Shown here: positions 26,630 to 37,523 of the stretch, in pieces
How the letters are laid out: each line of letters begins with the position of its first letter
Numbering within the stretch: the first letter of the stretch is position 1
Origin: Anthoceros angustus
Lineage: Eukaryota > Plantae > Anthocerotophyta
DNA: 64,000 nucleotides
NCBI GenBank assembly: GCA_010909165.1
Contig: VJWM01000196.1
Span: forward strand, 310,001 to 374,000
Reading direction: 5' to 3'
Position numbers and translations under genes: made by a program
Notes under the pieces: model-generated
What the model saw: only the letters and a program-made list of their open reading frames with translations
Database searches by the model: none
What the model was told of the DNA's origin: nothing

Positions 26630-28405
26630 CTTGACAAGACTTCCAGAAGTACGTCTCAAGCTTTCGCAGCATGTGTTAGGCAGGTTTGGTAGGTATGTCG
26701 AGAATGGATGGACCAGTTACGAGTTCAGGAGAATTTCGAGATTTCTTTGGATTCGGCATTCATTGATCATCGGTGGACGGCGGGGACCATCCAGGTGATG
26801 GACTTCTTTGCGTTTGGTTCAAGCGATCAAACAAGGATTGAGGAAGTTACTTTACGGATGCCCAAGAGTGATTGGGACTGGCGTTGCCATACGTGGCTAT
26901 GGGCTATCGTGAGTAAACATGCTTCTTTGGCACATTTTCACCATATTTTTTACTCTTTGGCGTGATCCGGTGCCACGGTGGCTATTGCTAAGGATATACA
27001 ACGGTGGTAGACACTGGACAATCCATATGGGCTAAGGTGGTTGGTGAGCGTCTTTGCTTTATTTCGAGCTATGCCCATGGCTATGGCCAATCTCGTGCAC
27101 ATAGGGATTAACCCGTTATGCTTACACGTAGTGCAATTTCGGCCATGAAATTTCATGTGGGAGATTATGTGTACGTGACGGACCGATACATTGGAGACGT
27201 CAGCTAATCGCTATGTGCTGCGCATCAAGGAAATACTTGATAGTGGCGTTCTGGTGCTTCAGGGTAAGGATGGGCGCACTCTGAAAGATCACATGACCAA
27301 TTGCGCACCTTGCCATTTGCCGAATCTGGATTCCACAATTGTGACTGCAAACTGGATTCCGCCAAGTGATTACCCATGCCAACTTTGTCAACGTATAGAT
27401 GACCCAGAGCTGATGCTGCTGTGTGATGGTTGCAATGGCGGATTCCACTTATTTTGCCTCACTCCTCCAGCAGCGGATGTGCGGAAGAATTGTGGTATTG
27501 TCCTCGTGTAGTGAGAGGCTTGCATTCTTGGCATCTGGCTAATCGTGGGCCTAGTCAAGCACAATCTGGGCTCAATCTTTGAGGGGATGATGTAGACTTG
27601 CTTTTCTCTTGGGATGCCAACATTGAGCTCCATTTTATGTGAGAATTGGTTGAAGGCGGGTGAGTGTCTTTGTTGAACTAGCATGATAGGATTCTGTGAG
27701 CTGAATGACAAGAGTATAGAGGTGAGAGTTTTGGTGTTGGTTGTTTTCCACGATACATCATGCCATAGTCCTTACACATCGGGTAATTGCCAATTACAAG
27801 CGAAGCATATAGATAAGCATGGTTGTTTAGGTAGAGAGCTTTCTTTGTGATGAATAAGCGAAACTTATTCACAATTAGGGTTAGAAGAGCGTGTGGTCGA
27901 TATTTTTCGGTCATGGACGTGGGAGCAAGATGGCGATCATGATGCGGATCTGCATGCGGGAGCTTGGACACGGCGATAAAAGCGCGGAGCAAGGCGGTAG
28001 GTGGTTGTTAGAGTCTTCGTTCTGGCAACTAGTTATGGTAGCCACAATGAATCACATCAACTTTTGAGACAATGCAGTTTCTTTGCTATGCTTGAGTCAC
28101 CACTTGAAAGCGATCGTGGCGTTGCTTCTTTGTGACGATGAGCGCCAACCCCAAGCGAGACTCGGTGAGAATCGTGTTACAGAGACTCGTGTTGTGATCC
28201 GATCCTTTGTTTTGTTTCGACCTACCTTTTTGATGATGTAGACTTGCTTTTCTCTTGGGATGCCAACATTGAGCTCCATTTTATGTGAGAATTGGTTGAA
28301 GACTGGCTGGAGTGTGCTGTTGAACTAGCATGATAGGATTCCTGCAGAACTGTTGAATGACAAGAGTATAGAGGTGAGAGTTTTGGTCAGCTGGTTGTTT
28401 TCCAC
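26630..28405 (+). repeat. Second copy of the element B integrase-PHD-LTR block (probably an assembly duplication)
   Basis: Near-identical to ~23460-25185, differing mainly by 1-4 nt indels. Confidence 0.8.
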
Positions 28406-29189
28406 GACAGCTGGGTGACATCATTGGCCCGGGCACCTTCGAGAGCGCCGCTGGGGATCTGGCATAGCAGCAAGCCTCTCTATCTATCGCTTTTGGGAGG
28501 CACAGGTCTGTTAGCCACGGAGGCCTCTGTGCTAGCGACCTTTCTAGGGAGTTGGGGCCTCTTTGCCTTCATCTTGCAAGCCTCCTGTTTTTTTAATCAT
28601 GGATTCTTGCATCTTGGGGGCCCTGGTCTTGGGCGTTGAGGAGGGGGCCTTCCCTTTGCAGGTGCCATTGAGGATGGCTAGGGTATCTTTATCCTCCGAG
28701 GCTAGGGCTATCATACCTCACTTTTCCTCGTTCTCCGAGGTTGGATTGCATATACTTTAAGCCTCCTTCCAGGAGAAGCGATGCAAGGCGGTAGGTGGTT
28801 GTTAGAGTCTTCGTTGCAAGCGACTAGTTATGGTAGCCAATGAATCACATCAACTTTTGAGACAATCGAGTTTCTTTTCTTATGCTTGAGTCACCACTTG
28901 AAAGCGATGTTGGCGTTGCTTCTTTGTGACGATGAGCGCCAACCCCAAGCGAGACTCGGTGAGAATCGTGTTCGAGACTCGTGTTGTGATCCGATCCTTT
29001 GTTTTGTTTGACCTACCTTTTTGATGATGTAGACTTGCTTTTCTCTTGGGATGCCAACATTGAGCTCCATTTTATGTGAGAATTGGTTGAAGGCGGGTAT
29101 GTCTTTGTTGAACTAGCATGATAGGATTCTGTGAGCATTGAATGACAAGAGTATAGAGGTGAGAGTTTTGGTGTTGGTTGTTTTCCACG

Positions 29190-30480
29190 CAATTTGGGTG
29201 ACATCATTGGCCGGGCACCTTGAGGCGCGGGGATGCAGCATGGCAAGCCTCTCTGTCTATCGCTTTTGGGAGGCACAGTGCAGTAGCCACGGAGGCCTGA
29301 CTGCTGTGACCTTTCTAGGAGTTGGGGCCTCTTTGCCTTCATCTTGCAAGCCTCCTGTTTTTTAATCATGGATTCTTGCATCTTGGGGAATACAGTCTTG
29401 GGCGTTGAGGAGGGGCCTTCCCTTTGCAGGTGCCATTGAGGATGGCTGGGGTATCTTTATCCTCAGGGGCTAGGGCTATCATACCTCACTTTTCCTCGTT
29501 CTCAGGGTTGGATTGCATATACTTTAAGCCTCCTTCCGGGAGAAGCGATGCAGGCGGTTGGTGGCCCTTATCGTAGATTCCTCTATTCCCCAACCCACTT
29601 GAGCTCGCCTCTGCTCTTCCTCGGGGAATGGAGGAGGTTCCGGCTTCTTTTTCTACCTCAATGAGGTTCCGCTTGGGTGTGGTCCAACCCTTGGCTTGCT
29701 CTCTCTTGTCCTACAACTGTGGAGCCCCCCTTGATGACTCTGGGACCCACCTGGCTCGTTGCCCCGCTGGCGGGCAGCGCTACGCATGACGCCATCCGCC
29801 ATATTGTCATATTCTCGATAGCGATGGAGAGGGGCTTCTTGCCCTGTAGGGAGCGCCCATACACTTTGCTCAACGGCGTTTCTCTCAGGGCTAATATGTT
29901 TTTGGCTTGGGGTGACCAGGTTTCTGTTGCGGATGTGGTAGTGCGGATGTGACCCTACTCGAGACGCTATTTGCGAGCATGTTATTATCAACCCTCCAAG
30001 TTGGGCGGCGGAGGGGTGTGCGACAACAAAGGTTCACAAGTACTCACCTCTACAGAAAAGCCACGCATTCATCCCCCTTGCCATTGAGTCCCACGGGGCC
30101 ATGGGCAAGGATTTCTCCATGGTCATCAAGGGCTGTGCTAAGGCTTACCACAACTGCAAGAATGCGGTGGGTCTTCCCCTTCCTTGTGTGGTTGCCTTCT
30201 TCAGGCGACAGGTGTCCATCGCCTTGCAGAGGGCGTTGGCCAACGCAATGTATAGGACGGCAACAAGCGCAGAGGATGCACCATCTTTGGCATCGGCAGT
30301 AGGGAGGCCCTTTCATATCCCAAACCACGACATTATCGAGCAATAGGTAGTTTGAAAATAAGCGACCGCGTGGGCTAGGGCCCCTTGGCCTGGTACTCCC
30401 TTAAGGGTTGTTCCTCTTCGTTTTGGGGTAGATGGGACTTCCCATCTCTTTTTCCTATATAAAGTCTCCATTTTATTATA
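29190..30480 (+). mobile_element. 5'-truncated CRE-clade (restriction-like endonuclease) non-LTR retrotransposon inserted in a partial element B LTR; partial re-iterations at 25186-26185 and 28405-28780
   Basis: GDIIGPGT..LGGTGLLATEASVLATFLGSWG (post-RT region); C..CGAPLDDSGTHLARCP..THDAIRHIV (zinc knuckle); HAFIPLAIESHGAMGKDF..QVSIALQRALA (REL endonuclease end, stop at 30346). The 3' UTR is shared with the copy at 61030-61140. Confidence 0.82.
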
Positions 30481-30948
30481 TCTTATTAAGTAAAGTAGAC
30501 CCACACTCTAAATTAGGTTAAATAAACTGATAATAAAGTGAAGAATAAAAAATTCACTAGGTACCTCAATTTAATAGGGAAGTATAACGTCAACAGGCAA
30601 TGCAGAATCATCGCGAATTTTGATGCGCGACGTTTGAATCGTTCACAGCTTCGGGAACGTTTCGTCCGATTCGTTACGTTCATGCGATTCGGTAACCAAG
30701 GGCAGTGCCATTTTCGGAGAGCAAGGCTGGCGCTGTACTGTTCGTCCCAGGGGTGCAGGGGACCGCGCCCTGCTCCTTGTAGTGTGTAGGAGTATACATT
30801 AGTTCATCCTCTGCTTCAGCACAGCACTGTCAGTAGCATGCCGTTAGGGGAGTGTCCCTGCGCAAATGCCCTTGATTCTTGAAGGGGCTGGAGTGGTGCC
30901 TGAGCTTTTGATGCCCTAACGCCTTTGTTCTTCGAACTTTTTCCTACG

Positions 30949-32838
30949 ATGGTGGCACGGGTAGCGGATCTGCTGAAAGGGAGTAGCGTGCCATGGATCT
31001 TGGGAACTCTAGTGATTGCCACGGTCCTGGTTTTCCTTTTCTCTTCCAGGAAATCGTCGCAGAAGTATCCGCCCGTGGTGTCCACCCTGCCGCTTATTGG
31101 TGGCTTTCTCAAGTTTCTTGGAGGTCCCATTGTCCTGATCAGGGAGCAGTACGAGAAGTTGGGAAGCGTTTTCACCGTTAGAGTCCTTACCAAGAACATC
31201 ACTATCCTGGTTGGTCCGGAGGTTTCCACTCACTTCTTCAAAGCGTCCGAGGCCGATCTGAGTCAAAAGGAGGTGTACCAGTTCAATGTTCCTACATTTG
31301 GCAAGGGCGTCGTTTTTGATGTGGACTATTCCGTCCGCATGGAGCAGTTTCGCTTCTTTACCGAGGCCCTGAAAGTGAGTGCAATGAAGAAGTACGTCGA
31401 GTACATGATTGAGGAGGCACAGGTAGCTTCTCTTCTATCTTGGGATGTGACATCTCAGTCAATCACAATTTGTGTAATGCTGCTGCATGCTGGACTTGCC
31501 TGACAACAACAGGTGTAGGGTCTTGTGAAAGTTTCGTTAGTCTGTGTCATGCAGCCACCTCTGGTTGTTGGTCGTGTTCTAGCCGGAGTTTTGCCAAATT
31601 TGCCCTTGTTTGGTAGTGGATATGATCCCCTGCTGCATGGGAGTCACATTGTCATGTGTCTCGGAACTTCTGTACAACAGTCAGTTCTGTTAACAATTTG
31701 GATGCTCGATGGCTGCAGTTGTACTTCTCCTCCTGGGGTGAAGAAGGGGAGGTAGACTTGAAAGCGGAACTTGAAAAGCTTATTATCCTGACAGCTAGCA
31801 GGTGCCTGTTAGGAAGTGAAGTTAGAAACCAGCTGTTTGACAACGTGAACAATCTCTTTCATGATCTTGACAATGGGATGCAGCCCATCAGTGTGATCTT
31901 TCCGTATCTGCCAATTCCTGCTCACAAGCGCCGTGATAAAGCTCGTCAAGAGTTGGCAGATGTTTTTGCTAAGATTATCAGAGGCAGGAAGGCTTCTGGC
32001 AAGAGAGAAACTGACATGCTGCAGACATTCATCGACTCAAAGTATAGGACGTCAGGGCGGTCAACAACTGAAGAGGAATGCACAGGGCTGTTGATTGCAG
32101 CTCTCTTTGCTGGGCAGCACACAAGTTCGATTACGTCAACGTGGACTGGTGCTTACCTGATTAGGTATGCCATTTTGATGCTTGGGGGTGGTTGGGTCTG
32201 TGGCTGCAACAAAGCTGTATGTCTTTCTAGAGGAGGTTTTGACCCATGTTTTTGCCAATGCTTTGTTGTCTGTGCGCAGCAATAAGCAGTACCTGAAGCT
32301 AGCCGTGGAGGAGCAGCAGGATGTGATGAAACGCCATGGAAGTAGCCTGGATTACGACATTCTGAGTGAAATGGACTTCCTTCACAGGGGCATGAAGGAG
32401 GCTCTGCGTCTTCACCCTCCGCTCATCTTGCTTATGCGCTATAACCACACTGATTTCAGTGTCACAACCAAGGATGGAAAGGAATATGTAATACCAAAGG
32501 GTCATATTGTGGCGACCTCACCAGCGTTTGCCAACCGGCTTTCTCATGTTTACAAAGATCCAAACACCTATGATCCCAGCCGTTTTGCTCCACCTCGGGA
32601 GGAGGATAAGGTTGCTGGAGGGTTTTCTTACATTGCTTTTGGCGGTGGAAGGCACGGTTGCTTGGGTGAGACTTTTGCGTACATGCAAGTGAAGACAATC
32701 TGGAGCATTCTTCTTCGCAATTTTGAATTTGATCTCATTGGCCCATTTCCGGAAATAGACTGGAATGCCATGGTGGTTGGTCCGAAAGGCAAAGTACCAG
32801 CTCGGTACAAGCGAAGGATTCTCTTCCCGGCAGAGTGA
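30949..32838 (+). CDS. CYP51: Sterol (obtusifoliol) 14-alpha-demethylase, cytochrome P450 CYP51G; exons 30949-31422, 31719-32164, 32280-32838
   Basis: SQKEVYQFNVPTFGKGVVFDV, ALFAGQHTSSIT (I-helix), KEALRLHPP (ExxR), FGGGRHGCLG (heme Cys). GT-AG introns join the exons in frame. Confidence 0.97.
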
Positions 32839-33199
32839 AAGTGGCGGATGCTCTGATACTACCAGTGACTTCTCCCATCGTCGTCACTGAGTCTTCAACA
32901 GTGATTTCAACAGCCTCAGCCTGTTAGCATGACTTCACGGCCCAGCAGTGCACGCTTAGTTCGGCCTGTTGTTGCCTCAGACTGCGGTTCCTCGACTTTC
33001 TTGTTTCGTGGCCCAGTATTTTACTTCCTGGTGCTTTCTGTTGGATACGGAATCCAGGATGTGTCTAGGTGACTTTGGTGTTGGGGGGGACGGCCGACAT
33101 GTTGCGAAACTTTAGTGTCCGTTGTTCGCAGTGTGGACGCCTTGACCCAGGTGGAGCGAGATGCGGATTTTTTTGGAAATGTCGTTCATCCTTTTTTTC

Positions 33200-34886
33200 T
33201 TACAATGGCATTTGCAGGAGATGACATGCCTGTTCTTGAAATAGTTGAGTTGTCTGGCTCAGATTATTCTGCAGTTTTTTGAGTTCTGCCTTGAGTTGCA
33301 GGATTGCCATATCTTTTGTCTCCAATGCAGCCTTCACACGTTCGGCCAGACAATCTATGTCATGCATCTGCAGGCAATAGAAGGCCATATCAAAGAGTAT
33401 GAAAGCTGTGCAAACAATATTATTGTTGGCAGGACATCGTGGGCTTCACCTTTTGCTGTTTGTACGCCACTACTGCCATGGCATGTTTCTCTTCATGCTC
33501 TTTCCTCTCCTCCTCCCAGTGAGCTTTTCTCTCGGCAAGCTCTTTATCTGTGCGATGATCAGGAAATTAATGACCTGTCTGCCACGCTGTATGAGGTTAC
33601 GTTCCATGTGTAGGAGTAATCTCACTTAAGTTTGCAATTCTCTCCTGGTGCATCCTGTCAAAGCATTGCAGCTTCAATTTCCACTCCTCCTCCTGTCACT
33701 TACCAAGTCACTGGCCCGTGTCACAGCAAGGAGTGGATGGGTTCCCAGGAGTGCATCGGTTTCCAAAAAGTAGATTGGTCCAGATTTAGGTCAAGCACAG
33801 GCTGCCGACCTTTTGTTGGTGGTAGGCTCGGGCTTCTTCCATCTTGGAAGACACAGAAGCAAGTTCCCCTTCCAGGCGACCCGCCTGATCTCTCCATGCC
33901 TCGTTGGTGGAGACCTCCCTCATCAGTTTGCTTTGTGTCTGTTGAGAATGAACGATAGTGCCGGCTCCTTATAGATTTTACTTGGCTGCAAACTTCTAGA
34001 GTTCAGTAGGAGCCATTCTGACCTTGTTGAAGTGCCCCTGATGCTCTTGTGTGAGAGATGCGATTCTGGCCTCGTAGGTCGCTCGCAGAGTTTGCAGGAT
34101 CCGCTGGTGCTCTTCTTCATCACGTCGGCATTTGTCATCGAAAGCTTCCTGTCTGGCTCCGATCTCCTGATGCATTAAATGGTCTGAGGGAAAGTCTGCG
34201 CGCGTTGCTCTCAGCGGATCACTATTAGACAGGACATTAGTTACCTTGGTGAGCCTTTCCGTTTGCTCCGAAAATTGAGCTTCAAGACTGCGACACCTTC
34301 CGTCGAAGAACTGGAGGCGCGCCTCCAGTTTCTTTCTCTGCTTTACGTTCTCCAGCTTCAATGCTTCGATCTTCTTCACCTTCCTTTTCAATTTCTCTTG
34401 AAGTGCTTGCACCTCTTTCTGCCACCGCGGTCACATGCGCACGGTACTAGTGTTTCAGCTTCTGAAATTGCAATGCTTTAAATTTGTCCCCGGCCCGAGA
34501 GCTAGCCTAGGCCCTAGCCTGTGCCCCTGCCAAGCACACGTCTCAGAGATCTTCACCTCATGCTCCATCTGTGCCTGGATTCGAATCACTTGCAGTGCCG
34601 CAGGTTCTTCGATGAGACAAGCGATGCCCGCCACAGTAGCGCATTTGTCACTGCATTTGATGGACCCATCCCAGTCCCTCCTGATTTGAAGTCCCTGCGT
34701 CGTGGAAGGCCGCAGCGAGGGGCAGGCCGTGGACTCGCTTCCCAACAAAGGCGGCCTTGAGCTCAGATTGGAGCGCACTTGCGATCTCAACGCCTGGACA
34801 GACACCTTCAGTTGCTGGTACCTCTGAATCTTCTCCCCCAGAGTTTCTTTTTCGGCCATGCTGTCTGCTTTTGTCGGGAACGTCAT
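33200..34886 (-). CDS. Spliced coiled-coil protein (~395 aa, 6 exons: ~34886-34557, 34418-34023, ~33938-33810, ~33692-33626, ~33548-33449, ~33367-33200); C-terminus reminiscent of CEP131/AZI1
   Basis: GT-AG junctions keep one frame through heptad-rich exons, ending HDIDCLAERVKAALETKDMAILQLKAEL..LFQEQACHLL. The start codon is uncertain and further upstream exons are possible. Confidence 0.7.
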
Positions 34887-35775
34887 GTCAAGAGCCGGCG
34901 AGTTCACGTGGAGCCTGTCTCGTTGCTTGAAGCATGCATGTCACTCGTGTCAGATGTCTCCCTCCACTCAGCATTTGGCTTGGTAATATTCGCAAGGACA
35001 GGAAGGGGCGACCGGTTTGGTGGTGCTCAGTGGTGGATGCATCATGCACACTCCTCTTATCTGCTCAGATCGAAGTGCAGCTGTATTTGAAGCACTCAGA
35101 GTCTGGGGCAGGAGAACAGGCGGATCGTGGATTGAGGAGGAAGAAACCGGGCCAAACCAGTGCGACTTGCTGTAATCAGTTAGCTGTTTCAGCCATCGTG
35201 AACAGTTACACGACCACGGGGTGCAGTGTTACTAGCATTAGTACGAGGTACATATGTAGGTAGGCAGTTTTGGTATTTTGGGAAAGAACCAGGACGAGCT
35301 GCCTAATAGGGAGATAGTTTTTACCGGTGGAAAGATGAAAACAGATAATATCATGGAGTGTTGTAATAGGGTGTACTAGCATAGGTAGGTAGGTACTTAG
35401 AATGACAACTAGGCCAAGCGTAAAACCTTCCCAATTCTTTTAGGAGTATAAGATTTTAGCTTAATTTTAAGCTTAAGATTTTTAGTTTAATCTTAAACTA
35501 GTTTCAACAATTTCTATCCTCCTATCTTCTTCTTCTTCAGTTTATGTTATAAGTCTCTTATGAGAGAAGCATTGGACTGGACAATCAAGTTTAGGTTGCC
35601 AAGGGATTTTGTTTGTATACTTGCCATTAATTTCATGGAAATATTATCATAATGATGCACTGGTACACTAGTATTCTCTTAGGTAGCCTTGGGTGGAAGA
35701 ACCCACATGAGGAAGTCAGGAGTATCCTACAAAGGAATAACATATTTTTTTAGTAGTCGTTTATTGCTACAAGAG

Positions 35776-35870
35776 TTTGGACCATTTCTCGATTTTGAGT
35801 GTCATCTTTGCGCAAGGGCCATGCTAATCCTCTTTGCATCGTTCCAATTTTATCAGATACCCCGAAGGAC
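35776..35870 (-). pseudogene. U6: U6 snRNA pseudogene
   Basis: The minus strand reads GTCCTTCGGGGTATCTGATAAAATTGGAACGATGCAAAGAGGATTAGCATGGCCCTTGCGCAAAGATGACACTCAAAATCGAGAAATGGTCCAAA, which aligns to plant U6. The ACAGAGA box is changed to GCAAAGA, there is no oligo-T terminator, and no USE/TATA is visible upstream. Confidence 0.88.
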
Positions 35871-36774
35871 TTTTTTTTTCCAATAATCGGATATTCATGC
35901 AAAGAATACACGTTTGCACTATGGATTTAACCTAGAACTTTTGATGTCATAGGCCAGGATCAATCTCCAGAACTTCTGATATAGTAGGCTAGGATCTTAT
36001 CCATTGATCCATGGCAAGATCAGTAGTAAGAACAACATTTTTTGTGTACCACAGGTATGTTGGGACATAACGCCCCACCTCACTATAACCTTCAAGGTCT
36101 CCCTAAGAGTATGCTTCATGGGTCTATCCTAGCTCTCTGTATTCAATAAAGAATTCTCCACCTATATCTTTTGCTATGCCTCCCAAATCACCCCTATTTC
36201 AAAATTTGGTCAATAAATCGAATTCATTTATCAAGTGATCCCTACGACTAATAATTTCAGTACTTTTCAATATTATTTGATGATTGATTTGTATTAAAAA
36301 GAGGCTCCTCAAAACAGTGAGAGCTTCTCAAGCCAAGAGGATGAGAGCGATGATGAGGAGAGAGTGGGCACCCTGGCTGATCTCTCTCTAACATTAGAGT
36401 CCAAGTTGTGTGCAACTTCTGTTTATGTGTCAGCTCACTAACAATAGCCTATATGATCAGCCCAAACACATATCACGAACAAGCTTATAATCTTCAGCGA
36501 GTTTGAAGAGGAGGTCAAACTCACATATGATCCCATAACACCAACCTCCCAAAGATCATGTTGGTTGTCAATTATGTTGTCATCACATCTTGGTTAAGGG
36601 CTTTCCAATCACTTTCTTTTCAATTTTGGTTGTAGGCTAGGAATAATAAAGTAGTAATTTGGAAAAAGGCGGAAAAAAACTCATTAGAAGAATGAATAGC
36701 AAATCTTATGGGTTGAATATAACCTCTATGGAAAAATTATTATCTTTTTAAAATATTTAATTTAGATATATATC

Positions 36775-37008
36775 TTTTAGTACCTAATGTAAAAGGTTGC
36801 ACACTCTCCTTTTTAGTACAGTACCTAATAATTTAAAAGGTTGCACGCTCTCCTGTTTAGTACCTAATAATTGAATATGTTGCACCATCTCCTTTTTAGT
36901 ACCTAGTAATTAAATAGGTTGCACACTCTCCTTTTTAGTACCCAATAATTTAATAGGTTGCACACCCTGTTTTTTAGTACCTAATAATTTAATAGGTTAC
37001 ATGCTCTC
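36775..37008. repeat. Tandem array, about 6 units of ~39 bp
   Basis: Consensus TTTAGTACCTAATAATTTAATAGGTTGCACACTCTCCTT repeated head-to-tail with substitutions. Confidence 0.9.
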
Positions 37009-37523
37009 TAGCGAAAATAATGACAACAAAAATCTTCATTTGTCCATATGGATCTATCTTCAGAAGCTGAGCTTCCATTCACATGCTGGTATATACGTAA
37101 ACGTCCATCAAATGTTAGTCGCAAAAAGAAGCTTGTCAACTGGTAAGTAGAAATTATTTTTGGATTGATGGACCAAATCTTTTTTGGTGATAGAGGATGT
37201 AAGGTATTTGTATATAATATGACACTACCAGTTGATTCCATACGAAGAAAAGTACTAGTGCACAAGCTGGGTTCATATTTTTCACTAGTGCTTCCAACCC
37301 AGAGTATTTGTGAACTTGAAAGATCACCAACATCTTGCCTACTTACTACCATCTCACATTTATCATTAATATACATATAATAAAGACTCTCTATAAGAAA
37401 ATCAGTATTCTCTAAACCAAAAGCTCTTAAAATTTCTCCTTGTGCTAATGTATTTTTTCCAAGGACCATAAAAATTCTAGTGCTAAATATCAATAAGGTG
37501 CATATGCAAGATAGAATAGCCAT
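37008..37523 (-). CDS. Secreted bulb-type (GNA/curculin-like, B-lectin) domain protein, 171 aa, intronless, AT-rich
   Basis: Hydrophobic signal peptide MAILSCICTLLIFSTRIFMVLG, then NTLAQGEILR and three beta-prism repeats: YINDKCEMVV..LW, CTSTFLRMESTGSVILY..IWS, FLRLTFDGRLRIY..IWT. Confidence 0.72.
   Translation of the reverse strand: MAILSCICTLLIFSTRIFMVLGKNTLAQGEILRAFGLENTDFLIESLYYMYINDKCEMVVSRQDVGDLSSSQILWVGSTSEKYEPSLCTSTFLRMESTGSVILYTNTLHPLSPKKIWSINPKIISTYQLTSFFLRLTFDGRLRIYQHVNGSSASEDRSIWTNEDFCCHYFR

Noticed and set aside
35460-35775. U6-LINE chimera downstream of the U6 copy
   Set aside because: All frames contain stops and I could not recognise RT or endonuclease motifs.
36775-37008. 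CRISPR-like array (also the 22-bp repeat at 42421-42507)
   Set aside because: Units are directly adjacent with no unique spacers, there are no cas genes, and the context is eukaryotic.
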